Origin: a virus
IMG/VR virus record: IMGVR_UViG_3300029448_000018
Span: 5,664-69,663 of that record
Direction: 5' to 3' (one strand)
Length of the DNA: 64,000 bases
A program made the translations under genes and the position numbers. The notes below the pieces were generated by a model. That model was not told the origin of the DNA and searched no databases. It saw only the letters and a program-made list of their open reading frames with translations. The number at the start of each line of letters is the position of its first letter. Within the stretch, counting starts at the first letter, position 1. Positions 45,974-55,677 of this stretch are shown piece by piece.

Positions 45974-48180
45974 TGACAGGTAATCCGTTATCAGGACATA
46001 CAAAAAAGAATATGACATTAACGACTCATACGAGTCTAAGCACTCCTACAATAGAAGATGGTTTATTTGATGGGGAACCAATCATCAGTCCCAGTATAAC
46101 AAATGCATACGAAGGTATACATGGAAATGGAATTATCCTTGAAGAAGATACTGCTAAGGGGGATGGGGATAGAAACAATCCAATTAACTTGGCAGGTCGA
46201 GTAAATGGTGTTGCATCGAGTTCTCATTATAGGGTAAACGTGTTAGGTGGTTACGCTGTAATAGACGGTGTAATGTTTGCCTTCGCAGGTTCAAATACAG
46301 ACATAGACCTTATTTCTTCAAGCGCACATAAGGCTGGTTCTCCTTCTGCACTAACTTCGGGTCAAGAAGCATTAGTAGTAATATATGTTAATTCTGATAA
46401 TGATAATAATTCGATAGGGTGGGAAATGGGTTCTCCTGTTACTGCTGGTACATCATACCCACTTGCACCATCTTCATTTCTTAATTACCCTCTATCCTCA
46501 TTGGCGGTAAAACAATCTATTGTACTCGCTACATTGCGTTGTGTTTACGAATCAGGTTCAGGTGATTTAAACATTAAAGTAACTGAAATAAATGATAAGA
46601 GAGTATTCATCAGACCTTCTCCTATTTATCTATCACCAGTAACATCGGGCGCAGTAGCGGCCACAGATGCTATCGAATCCCATACAGCCTTAGATAGTCT
46701 ACATGGTGCTGATGAAACAGGTGCTATGTCTGCAAGTCGCTTTGGTGCTATATGGGAATCTTATGGGACTCAACTATCAAGCACTACTGCGCCTGATAAC
46801 GATAAGAGTGTTTTGTATTATAGTGGAACACATGCGGCTCGATTTACACGTTCAATCTTTGACCGTGTATTGACAAGCACAGCAACGAGTCTAACACTCA
46901 AATCTACTGATGCTAATATTCTACTTCTAACTCCCGGTGGGAGTGCCACACTTACCACATCTGGTTCTTTCCCTGCTGGTTATATCATTGAAGTGCGAAA
47001 TCTACATGCAAGTAACGCTGTAGTATTCGCTCGTGCTTCAAACTATTCTGTATCGGGAGGAACGCTTACAAGGTTCGTTTGTACTACAAGCCACGCTACT
47101 ACACCCGTATTTAGCGTCTTATCAGACGACTCAATAGAAACTGTACAAATAGCAGATAATGCGGTTACAACGGCTAAGATATTAAATTCAAATGTTACCC
47201 TTGCTAAAATAGCAAACATCGCCGATGATAGAATCTTAGGAAATGTAAGCGGAGGTGCGGCTGCCCCTGCTGAATTAACCAAAGCGAATGTATTGACTTT
47301 GCTCAATGTTGAAGATGGTGCTGATGTTACAGATGCAACCAATGTTAACGCCGCAGGTGCTATTATGCACAGCGATTTGGGAACCAAAGGACAGATAGTA
47401 GTAGGAGATGGTTCAGGTGATGCAACTATACTCAGCGTCGGCACTAACAACCATGTTCTAACAGCAGATAGTTCAGAAGCATCAGGTGTTAAATGGGCGG
47501 CAACAGCGGCGGCGGGTATAACAGCATTAACTGGTAATGTAACTGCAAGCGGTTCAGGTTCAGTAGCGGCTACTATTGCTGATGAAGCCGTAACATACGC
47601 TAAGATGCAACACGTTTCTGCTACAAGTAGAGTATTAGGAAGAATCACAAGTGGTGCGGGTGATGTTGAAGAACTAACAGGTGCTAACATCAGAACGATA
47701 GCCAACGTCGCAGATGGGGCAGATGCCGCACTTCCTGTAGCAAATGGTAATACTGTGGCAATAGCGGCTATTAACGCTAAAGCATCGAAGTTTTCTGCTT
47801 ATCTTTCAGGGAATCAAAGTTACAGTTCGGGGGCGACAAAGATAGAACATGATACAGTTTTGTGGAATGTTGGTTCTGACTTTAGCACAAGCAACAATGA
47901 ATATACTGCACCAAGAGATGGGTACTATCTTGTAGCATGTAGTTTTTATGCTTCTGCTACACCAACATGGGCGATGTCTGTTATTCAGGTTGATACAGGT
48001 TCAGGGTATGCTATTCGGCTTCGTAGAGCAAGTTCTAACGGTCAAGATAATATGATTTCAGCAGTAATCAAATTAGATGCGGGTGATAAGGTTGCTCACT
48101 ATGCCCATGCTTCGGGAGGCACAACTATACAAGCGGCTCTCAATACTCTCACTTACTTTCAAATTACGGAGATGCTATGA
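45973..48180 (+). CDS. Tail fibre / receptor-binding protein with C-terminal C1q-like domain
   Basis: Fibre repeats (IADNAVTTAKI, EDGADVTD, IADEAVTYAKM) and FSAY...DTVLWNVGSDF...YTAPRDGYYLV C1q-like signature. Confidence 0.75.
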   Translation: MTGNPLSGHTKKNMTLTTHTSLSTPTIEDGLFDGEPIISPSITNAYEGIHGNGIILEEDTAKGDGDRNNPINLAGRVNGVASSSHYRVNVLGGYAVIDGVMFAFAGSNTDIDLISSSAHKAGSPSALTSGQEALVVIYVNSDNDNNSIGWEMGSPVTAGTSYPLAPSSFLNYPLSSLAVKQSIVLATLRCVYESGSGDLNIKVTEINDKRVFIRPSPIYLSPVTSGAVAATDAIESHTALDSLHGADETGAMSASRFGAIWESYGTQLSSTTAPDNDKSVLYYSGTHAARFTRSIFDRVLTSTATSLTLKSTDANILLLTPGGSATLTTSGSFPAGYIIEVRNLHASNAVVFARASNYSVSGGTLTRFVCTTSHATTPVFSVLSDDSIETVQIADNAVTTAKILNSNVTLAKIANIADDRILGNVSGGAAAPAELTKANVLTLLNVEDGADVTDATNVNAAGAIMHSDLGTKGQIVVGDGSGDATILSVGTNNHVLTADSSEASGVKWAATAAAGITALTGNVTASGSGSVAATIADEAVTYAKMQHVSATSRVLGRITSGAGDVEELTGANIRTIANVADGADAALPVANGNTVAIAAINAKASKFSAYLSGNQSYSSGATKIEHDTVLWNVGSDFSTSNNEYTAPRDGYYLVACSFYASATPTWAMSVIQVDTGSGYAIRLRRASSNGQDNMISAVIKLDAGDKVAHYAHASGGTTIQAALNTLTYFQITEML

Positions 48181-48341
48181 TGACACCACAAGAGATGACA
48201 ACGGGAATGCACAACGCAGGTTTTACTCAATTCGAGTATGCTGAACATGGCCTGTATTTTATTGACGGTACTATCAATCTTAACGAGTGGCCGAGCAGTT
48301 GGGGTACACCGCCTACACAAGCCGTCATAAACAGTTGGTAA
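48177..48341 (+). CDS. 54-aa protein after fibre, possible fibre chaperone (not in ORF track)
   Basis: MMTPQEMTTG...EWPSSWGTPPTQAVINSW*. ATGA overlap and GGAG RBS. Confidence 0.55.
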   Translation: MMTPQEMTTGMHNAGFTQFEYAEHGLYFIDGTINLNEWPSSWGTPPTQAVINSW

Positions 48342-48342
48342 T

Positions 48343-48417
48343 ATGACAATTCTTATTCTTTCCTTAATAGCGTTCATAGCAGGTTTTGTTGCTACATGGC
48401 TTGCTACTGTTGACTAA
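48343..48417 (+). CDS. 24-aa hydrophobic single-TM peptide (not in ORF track)
   Basis: MTILILSLIAFIAGFVATWLATVD*. Starts 1 nt after the previous stop. Confidence 0.4.
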   Translation: MTILILSLIAFIAGFVATWLATVD

Positions 48418-48574
48418 AGGATGAATCAATCCAAAACGCACCGCACTCTTTACATTGAAAGAGATGAATACGCTTATTTTCACCATCAAGGTATCTCGCT
48501 GTTAAGCGATGCGGAATATGCCAATGCGTACACTTACGACATTTGACCTTTAATCGGTCAATCAATCGTCCCAT
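48404..48574 (-). CDS. 56-aa Zn-ribbon protein, TFS/RpoM C-terminal-like (not in ORF track)
   Basis: MGRLIDRLKVKCRKCTHWHIPHRLTARYLDGENKRIHLFQCKECGAFWIDSSFSQQ*. ATG directly follows the thermosome stop. Confidence 0.7.
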   Translation of the reverse strand: MGRLIDRLKVKCRKCTHWHIPHRLTARYLDGENKRIHLFQCKECGAFWIDSSFSQQ

Positions 48575-50095
48575 CTATTCCATGCCTCGACGTGCTATGA
48601 TGTCATCAATGCGTAGGATGGCGTTCGTAACTTCCGCCGCACTCAATACTGCTTGTCGTACAAGTTCTACAGGCTCGATAACACCGAGCGCAAGAACGTC
48701 GCATACACCACCGTTCTCAACATCAGGACCAACAGAAGTCTTACCTTCCATCAGTTGGTGTCTCATTTCAAGAATCGTATCGAGTGGGTCTTGACCAGCA
48801 TTCTCAGCGATAGTCGCAGGAATACTCTCTAAAGCATCTGCAAAGGCTTCGATAGCCATCTGCGCTCGACCACCTACTTGAGCCGCATGGTTGCGTAGAT
48901 AGACAGCCATACGAGCGTATGCGTTACCTGCACCAACAACAATCTTATCGTTAGCCATGACCAATGATACAACACCAAGTGCGTCATCAAACCCACGCTC
49001 GACTTCTTCAAGTGTATGAGAGGTCGCACCACGTAGTACGAGTGTTGCTTCCTTACTTTCACCAGTATTATTAGAAACAAACAGATGCCATACATCGTTG
49101 TGCTTCTCTCTTGTAATGTTTGTTGAAGTGTATGATGAGATGTCATCAACGGTTTGGAAGATAACGCTATCAGTAGCACGTTTTAGCGCACGTATAACCG
49201 ATTCAGGAGTACGACGTACAGCCATGATTCCATGCTTCTTGAGGAAGGCACATACGTGGTCGTTTACGCTATCACGTACAAAGACAATACCATGCTTACC
49301 GTCGAATGCTTCCACGATACTCTTTGCATTAGCAATCAAATCAGCCTTACCTGCGGATTTGTATGATGAATAAGACGAAGCATCAATCTGTACCTGTACA
49401 TTCTCTTCGCTCTTTTCAACATCAAGTCCTGTGTTGATAAGCATGAAATGACGATAGGTTTCCTTTTCATCCTCTACTTCAAGTACGAAGTCCTTGTTGA
49501 CAATCACACCGCCGAAGAGGTATGAGTCATCAAGCGAACCACCCGGAAATGATACCACACGTACTGATTCTGCATTACCTGCTTGTTCGACAGCAGATAC
49601 ACATAGTTCTGATACCTTGTCGAGAGCGTTCTCAAGAGTCTTACCAGTAATCGCAGTACGTGCAATCTTAAGGTATTCTTCTCTTCCTTCGGCTAACATA
49701 GCAACTTCATTATTTAGGTATGTAGTTGCCATGAGAGATGCCTCGTGATACCCACGACAGATGACGTTAGGGTGTAGACCACGAGCGAAGAGAGATTCTG
49801 TGTTACCGAGTAGCGCACCCGCCAATACGACAGTACTGGTTGTACCATCGTAGCATAGGTTCTCTTGCGTCTTTGCTACTTCTGCAATCATCTTACCACC
49901 GGGATGTGATACGTCTACTTCACGTAGAATGGTTGCGCCATCGTTCGTTACTATGACATTCCCATGCCCGTCTACGAGCATCTTATCCATACCCATTGGT
50001 CCTAACGTGGACTTCACGGTATCGGCAATTGTACGTGCCGCACGTATGTTCATCTGTTGTGCATTTGTTCTTCCTAAGTCCTGTTCTTTACTCAT
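48575..50095 (-). CDS. ths: Thermosome (group II chaperonin) subunit
   Basis: STLGPMGMDKML, VTNDGATIL, DGTTS, TLVLRG, ALESIP..IAENAG and AILRIDDII. GAGGTAG RBS before MSKEQ. Confidence 0.95.
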   Translation of the reverse strand: MSKEQDLGRTNAQQMNIRAARTIADTVKSTLGPMGMDKMLVDGHGNVIVTNDGATILREVDVSHPGGKMIAEVAKTQENLCYDGTTSTVVLAGALLGNTESLFARGLHPNVICRGYHEASLMATTYLNNEVAMLAEGREEYLKIARTAITGKTLENALDKVSELCVSAVEQAGNAESVRVVSFPGGSLDDSYLFGGVIVNKDFVLEVEDEKETYRHFMLINTGLDVEKSEENVQVQIDASSYSSYKSAGKADLIANAKSIVEAFDGKHGIVFVRDSVNDHVCAFLKKHGIMAVRRTPESVIRALKRATDSVIFQTVDDISSYTSTNITREKHNDVWHLFVSNNTGESKEATLVLRGATSHTLEEVERGFDDALGVVSLVMANDKIVVGAGNAYARMAVYLRNHAAQVGGRAQMAIEAFADALESIPATIAENAGQDPLDTILEMRHQLMEGKTSVGPDVENGGVCDVLALGVIEPVELVRQAVLSAAEVTNAILRIDDIIARRGME

Positions 50096-50100
50096 GTTGT

Positions 50101-50703
50101 TCACCATTCTACTTCTATGTCTACTAATTCTCCCGTGTCTACTGCACGAGAACGAACGTAGCCTTCGCTCTTACCAAATTGGTATAAGTCATATGTGAGT
50201 TGAGCATCGCTTAAGCAATACTTAGCCACCTCATCATATTTCCCTTGCCTCCATGCCTTAGGCGCATCCTCGCTGTTCATAAGTTTGTTGTCGCTTAAGG
50301 TATGCTTAACCAAGTCTTTGAGACTGGTCATGACTTTCTGTTGTGTCATAGCCGCTTTATTGACGAGGTTCTTTGTATCAATGACGCTTTCTGTTTTCAG
50401 CATATCACCCGCTGTCCAACAGTCCAATGCGTCCCGTAATACAGGGAGGTCGAATGCTTTGATGTTATGACCGATAATGACACCGCCCTTCTTGACGTGT
50501 GCATCTAAGTCATCACCTAATGTGCGAGGGTGTAGTGCCTTTACTGTAGCATCTACAGACAATGATTTGTTACAGTAGATGTTTCCATCCTCTCCGTTCC
50601 ATGTAGCCACTACTGTAGGCTCGAAAGAGGCGGTCTTATCCCATCCCCCTATTTCCCAAGAGTAGTTGCCCGTTTCAATATCTAATGCCATTATGTCACT
50701 CAT
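50101..50703 (-). CDS. DEDD/RNase H-fold 3'-5' exonuclease
   Basis: ALDIET, IGHNIKAFDL and YCLSDA exonuclease motifs I-III. Confidence 0.85.
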   Translation of the reverse strand: MSDIMALDIETGNYSWEIGGWDKTASFEPTVVATWNGEDGNIYCNKSLSVDATVKALHPRTLGDDLDAHVKKGGVIIGHNIKAFDLPVLRDALDCWTAGDMLKTESVIDTKNLVNKAAMTQQKVMTSLKDLVKHTLSDNKLMNSEDAPKAWRQGKYDEVAKYCLSDAQLTYDLYQFGKSEGYVRSRAVDTGELVDIEVEW

Positions 50704-52099
50704 TCTTTTCACCTTTTCTTCTGTAATACATTCTTCCTGAACTCTTCTTTCGATTGAATAATTTCGCCGAGTAGTCCTTGAAGTGCCGTTGCGCTGTACT
50801 CTTGCTTACACCTGTGTTAGACATATACATATTCCATATACTCATCTGTAATCTCCAACCATCACCCTCATCATCAATCTCGTATGGGGCGCAAGCCTTG
50901 TATGCTTTGAGCATGTCATCGTGAATCTTTCCTTCCTTAGCCTTGCTTCCATTGATTTCAACAGAATCCTCAAGCCAAGCAATGAGGTTTTGGAATAGGT
51001 CAATGAGAATCTCGTGAGCCATGTCTACGTGTTCAGCAGTAATCACCCACTTCTCATCAAGGATAGCCATGTGAGTAGCGAAGATACCTAAGTAGTTCTC
51101 AACAGCAGGGGTGAACGAAGCAACGATTTCAGACATACTTGCATCCATGTTGCGTAGCAGGTCGTATATCTCATCAGACGCTTGATACAATGCTGTATCG
51201 AAGTCAGGCGCAGGGGTGAACATACTCCACATCTTTTCCTGAACCATATCCTCTCTTTCATCCTCGGATAATTCATCCCATTGAGTGAATGTTATCTCAC
51301 CCATGTCGAGTAGACGGTCCCGCATTCTCTTCTCGCTTGTTCTGAAATAATCATACAGGTCATCCTTAGTGTAATCAATTGTTTTGGATTGTTTGTAGAA
51401 CGTACCAAGCCTACGTGTACTCACTTCTTGTCTTGCATCCATGTCCCAATGCGCCCAGTAAAGCAGTACACGTTGGAAGATACCCTTAGTCAGTACGTAG
51501 TCCTTAACACCCTTCGGTGGGTACGTGGTAATCCATAGCGACACCATAGAAGGACACTCAACCTTGTTACCCTTCATGTGCTTAACGAGAGTGTTGTTCC
51601 CGCTTCCTACAGGGTTACACGCTGTTTGAAGATACAATACAGTCTCTTGACTGTGCTTGTTTGGGGTGAGTAGAATAGAACCTTCATCGAAGTTGATACC
51701 CTTACGACCTGCGAGCAAACCCGGTACTGTCTCCACCTCATCCGTAGGCTTCCCATGCTCATCCAATATCTGCTGTGTAGAGCCTATCAGTCCTGCGTCT
51801 GTACCTGATGCAAACAACTCGATTGGAATACCGACATTTTCCATAATGTCTCCAACGAAGTTCCATGCAATGGATTTACCAGTCCTTGATGGCTGAATCC
51901 AAAAGACGTGAACACGAGGGTCGAGGTGGGTATCACCAGTCGGAATACGAACATATGGTAATGCAAGTTGTCCTTGAATGTAAAAGAATGACAGTAGACC
52001 CGGTATCTCATTCTTCATTGATGTTCTTGAGAAGTGCGTAAGATACGCATCCAAAATTGGAAACTTCTGTACTGCTCTATATTCCTTTACTGATGTCAT
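50696..52099 (-). CDS. AAA+ ATPase, MCM-like replicative helicase (divergent)
   Basis: QPSRTGKS Walker A, TDAGLIG, PGLL...INFDE and IFQR arginine finger. Start MTSVK at 52099 below the conserved promoter. Confidence 0.65.
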   Translation of the reverse strand: MTSVKEYRAVQKFPILDAYLTHFSRTSMKNEIPGLLSFFYIQGQLALPYVRIPTGDTHLDPRVHVFWIQPSRTGKSIAWNFVGDIMENVGIPIELFASGTDAGLIGSTQQILDEHGKPTDEVETVPGLLAGRKGINFDEGSILLTPNKHSQETVLYLQTACNPVGSGNNTLVKHMKGNKVECPSMVSLWITTYPPKGVKDYVLTKGIFQRVLLYWAHWDMDARQEVSTRRLGTFYKQSKTIDYTKDDLYDYFRTSEKRMRDRLLDMGEITFTQWDELSEDEREDMVQEKMWSMFTPAPDFDTALYQASDEIYDLLRNMDASMSEIVASFTPAVENYLGIFATHMAILDEKWVITAEHVDMAHEILIDLFQNLIAWLEDSVEINGSKAKEGKIHDDMLKAYKACAPYEIDDEGDGWRLQMSIWNMYMSNTGVSKSTAQRHFKDYSAKLFNRKKSSGRMYYRRKGEKNE

Positions 52100-52114
52100 A
52101 ATTCCACAACCTAT

Positions 52115-52134
52115 TTCTCTTTGCCGATTTATAA
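52115..52134 (-). promoter_or_regulatory. Conserved 20-bp promoter element TTATAAATCGGCAAAGAGAA (copy 1)
   Basis: Identical to 59711-59730 and 63289-63308. Ends 15 nt before the helicase ATG. Confidence 0.85.
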
Positions 52135-52136
52135 GG

Positions 52137-52835
52137 CTAAACCTTTTTTCTCCTTGCTTGGCGTACCTCTTCTTCACTTGTTAATACTTTAACGAGTAAA
52201 CTACGTCGGGTGTCGCCCAACCCTTTTACCTTCTTTAGTGATTCAGGGAATACCATTTCTTCGATACTGCCGCATTGTTCTAACAAGCGTTCAGCAATCT
52301 CCCTCCCAATGGAGGGTATAGCCAACAGCATATCCAAACGGATGTCATTAGACGAGACACGGCGTAGTGCGTGTGCGCCATGCTTGCTTGCTGGCTTGTG
52401 GAGTTTGTCATGTAGTTTCACTACAAACATTGCCGCCTCACTTAGATTAGGCGTGTAGAATACTTGGCACTCGAAGTCGGACATAACTCTCGCTATCGTA
52501 CCCATGAGTTCATTTTGTATTCGTGAATATGTAACCTTCTTACCATTCTTCTTTGCCATTGCAACGTACTTGTCAATGGACCCGTGAATGACTAAGAAGA
52601 ATCGCTCGTAGTTGGCATCCATGTTATCGAGTTGTCGCCATAGATGACCGTTGTGTGATGATTGGAATAGGTCGCCAATACTCTTCGCTTCTACAAGCGC
52701 ACCACCGAGTAAGTAGTCTCCAACAAGCAATGGCTTACGGACTATGTTCAGCCCCGCCTTCGTTGCTCGTCGCTCTATGGACTCGCATAGGCTTCCTCTC
52801 TCGTTGCTATCAATAATCAAATCAGGCTTAGGCAT
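52137..52835 (-). CDS. ERCC4/XPF-family structure-specific nuclease with HhH motifs
   Basis: IIDSNE, LLVGDY, VEAKSIGDLFQS..G.LWRQ, IPSIG and VKGLG. Confidence 0.9.
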   Translation of the reverse strand: MPKPDLIIDSNERGSLCESIERRATKAGLNIVRKPLLVGDYLLGGALVEAKSIGDLFQSSHNGHLWRQLDNMDANYERFFLVIHGSIDKYVAMAKKNGKKVTYSRIQNELMGTIARVMSDFECQVFYTPNLSEAAMFVVKLHDKLHKPASKHGAHALRRVSSNDIRLDMLLAIPSIGREIAERLLEQCGSIEEMVFPESLKKVKGLGDTRRSLLVKVLTSEEEVRQARRKKV

Positions 52836-53077
52836 TACTCTTCCTCCTCTATCGGTATGTTATGTTTGATATGATTCACACAATAGACACTATGTTGTGT
52901 GCGTAACTGTTTGCATCTTCTCTTTCCACCACTTGTAAGTGATTTACATTGATACTTCTTTCTTACTTCTTCTTTTTGTTTACAGACGTAGCATATACGT
53001 AAATAACCCTCAAAGTATCTATCGGGCTTTACAGTTCCTCTATACTGTCCACAAACGCTACACGGTACAGATGGCAT
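52835..53077 (-). CDS. Small multi-Cys Zn-finger protein
   Basis: CSVC, CYVC and C...C...C..H. TAATG overlaps. Confidence 0.65.
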   Translation of the reverse strand: MPSVPCSVCGQYRGTVKPDRYFEGYLRICYVCKQKEEVRKKYQCKSLTSGGKRRCKQLRTQHSVYCVNHIKHNIPIEEEE

Positions 53078-54165
53078 TACATTACCCCCGTTCCGTCATG
53101 ATAATTACACTTTCCAACACATAGACCTTCTTGGTAAAGTGTGGTACAGGAAGCATGAGTATGCCCCGCCTTGACAATATGACCAACTCGCATAGCGGTA
53201 TAATCACGGTCAAAGTCCACCCAGTTCTGTTGAGAGCATATGTCAACAATGGATGGAACATGAGTCAATCGTTCTTCTTCGGTTACCTTCCAAGCAGGGA
53301 AGAACATTCTGAATCTATCGGCAAGGAATGACACGAAGTGATACCTTGCTCTATCAGTAGGGTTACCACCGTTCATTGCCGCTTGCGCTAAACATGGTAA
53401 GATATGTATGTCATCATACGACACAGTAGGTAAATCGACAGGCTTGATGTCTGTCATTGTCATCAATGGGCTTTGTATAATTTCAAAGTCAAGTCGTTCT
53501 CCACCCATACTGATGTAACCAGTATGTGGAACCATCGCCTTATCCATCAGACCATCATACGTTAGTGTAGTGAGTTCTTCACTTGTTAGTGGTATAGTCC
53601 AGCAATCTCTCTTTGCATTGAACGAGTTGGGTATGCGTATCATACCACTTGTATCGAACGCTACTGTAGGGTCATTACAGCGGAAAGGACTCAAAGACTT
53701 CTCCCACTTGTTGATGAGTATTCTCCCTGAATACTTTACTCGTGAAAGTTCAGAACCATCGGCGGGTTCAATTGTTTCTGAAAGAGGAACCCATACGTGA
53801 AATCCTCCACCAGTAAACCATACGAAGTGTTCAATGTTGTTATTGGATAGGTGTCGGTGTAGACTGATTACTTCGGAGTGTGGTATCTCAAAAGGTACAT
53901 CAACACCACGATTCTTGAAATCCTTACAGTCGAAGTCCATTACAAAGTGGTGGATTCGTGGAGTGTTGTAATCGACACGATGATGCTTAGGGGCTTGTGT
54001 TTCATTGTAACCATAAGCCGTGAAGTATACGTTACCGCTTCCGTTCTTTCCACGCCAATACTGCTGTAGTTCATCGCTGTCCTTTACAATTCGTCGCCAC
54101 CCACGTTCACCATTAGCAGGTAACTCCAAGACCTCTCTTGGAAAGTCAATAGGTACGAACGGCAT
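53077..54165 (-). CDS. Archaeo-eukaryotic primase, catalytic domain fused to a PriL-like Fe-S domain
   Basis: MDFD, FTGGGFHVW and IRIPNS, then C-terminal PCL...HASC...GLCVGKC. Confidence 0.85.
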   Translation of the reverse strand: MPFVPIDFPREVLELPANGERGWRRIVKDSDELQQYWRGKNGSGNVYFTAYGYNETQAPKHHRVDYNTPRIHHFVMDFDCKDFKNRGVDVPFEIPHSEVISLHRHLSNNNIEHFVWFTGGGFHVWVPLSETIEPADGSELSRVKYSGRILINKWEKSLSPFRCNDPTVAFDTSGMIRIPNSFNAKRDCWTIPLTSEELTTLTYDGLMDKAMVPHTGYISMGGERLDFEIIQSPLMTMTDIKPVDLPTVSYDDIHILPCLAQAAMNGGNPTDRARYHFVSFLADRFRMFFPAWKVTEEERLTHVPSIVDICSQQNWVDFDRDYTAMRVGHIVKAGHTHASCTTLYQEGLCVGKCNYHDGTGVM

Positions 54166-54169
54166 GTAA

Positions 54170-54472
54170 TCACCGGAATGCTCGTAGGAAGTCGTCTAAG
54201 TCTTGTTTCAATTTTTCCATTGTATCAAGGATTTCATCATCCTTAAGATAACGTGCGTGTATAGTATAGAGAATATCGAGAGGACCAACCGTATCAGGGA
54301 AGCCTGTCTCTTCATCTAACCATGAATCAATCGTGGTTTGTCTGTATGATGTACGAATGAAAGGAACCCTGTTAGGTAAGTTACCAATCTCTTTGACTAT
54401 GATTCTTATCGAATAGTCATCATCTAAAAATTCCTCTAAGAAACGTTGTATTGCTAATCCTTGTGCTTTCAT
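54170..54472 (-). CDS. Hypothetical protein
   Basis: GGAGGAG RBS and TAATG overlap. Confidence 0.6.
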   Translation of the reverse strand: MKAQGLAIQRFLEEFLDDDYSIRIIVKEIGNLPNRVPFIRTSYRQTTIDSWLDEETGFPDTVGPLDILYTIHARYLKDDEILDTMEKLKQDLDDFLRAFR

Positions 54473-55488
54473 TATATCTCCTCCTTTATGTTGTCTAAGT
54501 AGTCATCGGTGAGCGACCAAAATTCACAGTCGCTTTTGTAATCACACCAATTGCATTTTAGTTTCTGTTCCTCCATTGGAACTCCTTTTTTCAATCTTCC
54601 TAAGAATGGGTCAGGTGGAAACTCCATGTTCAGATGAGCCTTTACTAACTTGACGAGATTGTTTTCTACGCTACGCATAGCCAACTTCCCCTTCTTATCA
54701 GTAGCAGACTCATAGTGCAACTTTGCACCAGTCCCGCCTTCTATGCCCCCACCCGGAAACTCCCATCCCCAATGGGTGATAGGGAGTAGTTCATGGTGTG
54801 GACTGTTTTCCAACATCATCTTGTAGAATGCCATCTCCTTACGCATGCTTCCCGGTTTGTTACTGTTGTACTTACCAGTCTTTAATTCCATCAAGGCAAA
54901 GCCGTTCTCTTCGCTTTTGAAGAGTGTATCAATGAATCCTGATAGATGAACAGGAATAGGCTCATCATCAACGATGACATACCTATTGCCATGAATGTTT
55001 GACTCTACGCCTACAGGTCGCCAGTCCTTACCCTTAGTAGCGAGTAACCGTCTGAACTGCCAATCAAGCCATTGTTGAATCTGTTCCTCCTCACCGAACT
55101 CATATGGTTCAGGAGGGGTGGGCGCAGATGATAGGAAGAGTTCTCTCGCAGTATCTATATCATCTGTACGTAGTATCTCACTCTCCTGTTGGCTTGTGAA
55201 GTTACCCCAAAACCATTCCATGAGGTCGTGGACATTCAATCCACGAGTGTGATAATAACGGCTCTCGCCTCGTAGTCCCTTGAACTTCTCAAGATAGTAT
55301 TGTTGTGGACACCAGCCGAATGTACCTATGCTTGACTTTGTAATACGGAGAATCTTGTCTTGGTCCTCCTTTGGATTCCATGCGTATGTACTACGCTTGT
55401 ACCAGTCCACTTCTTCTGTGTGTCCTGTCTCCTCCCCATACTCGTCTATCAATTGGCGACTATCATCACCAGTAGGATTCCATCTCAA
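54472..55488 (-). CDS. Cas4/RecB-like PD-(D/E)XK nuclease with Fe-S Cys motif
   Basis: CPQQYY, G..VH, GFID, ELKTG and C-terminal CNWCDYKSDC. Confidence 0.85.
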   Translation of the reverse strand: MRWNPTGDDSRQLIDEYGEETGHTEEVDWYKRSTYAWNPKEDQDKILRITKSSIGTFGWCPQQYYLEKFKGLRGESRYYHTRGLNVHDLMEWFWGNFTSQQESEILRTDDIDTARELFLSSAPTPPEPYEFGEEEQIQQWLDWQFRRLLATKGKDWRPVGVESNIHGNRYVIVDDEPIPVHLSGFIDTLFKSEENGFALMELKTGKYNSNKPGSMRKEMAFYKMMLENSPHHELLPITHWGWEFPGGGIEGGTGAKLHYESATDKKGKLAMRSVENNLVKLVKAHLNMEFPPDPFLGRLKKGVPMEEQKLKCNWCDYKSDCEFWSLTDDYLDNIKEEI

Positions 55489-55673
55489 TCTTTCATCTCC
55501 ATCTCAATAAGTTTCTGTAGGTATACGGCTAAGTCCATTGCTTCTTCTTGTGCGTGTATGAGCCATTTAAGACGAGATAGTTTCTCATCCTCCATACTCA
55601 CCCCATACTTCGCAAGGCCGACCTGTGCTCGTTGTTGTATCTTCTCGCATACTTCATCTTCTATTCTACTCAT
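55485..55673 (-). CDS. Small all-alpha NTP-pyrophosphatase (MazG)-like protein
   Basis: G..KYG and HAQEEAMDLAVY (EExxD) motif. GGAGATG upstream of MSRIED. Confidence 0.55.
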   Translation of the reverse strand: MSRIEDEVCEKIQQRAQVGLAKYGVSMEDEKLSRLKWLIHAQEEAMDLAVYLQKLIEMEMKD

Positions 55674-55677
55674 CTCA

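Noticed and set aside
47043-47705. 220-aa antisense ORF inside the tail fibre gene, and similar shadow ORFs across structural genes
   Set aside because: It mirrors codon bias of A/T/S/G-rich sense genes, and has no RBS or recognisable motif.
47780-48180. Diversity-generating retroelement target at the fibre tip
   Set aside because: No reverse transcriptase and no second near-identical template repeat were seen in this window.
52100-52177. Extended N-termini given by the ORF track for the helicase (52177) and RFC (63325)
   Set aside because: The extensions run through the conserved promoter element. Downstream ATGs at 52099 and 63274 fit better.
54472-55488. Cas4-like gene as a sign of CRISPR-Cas
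   Set aside because: No repeat-spacer array or other cas gene was seen. Solo Cas4-like nucleases are common in archaeal viruses.
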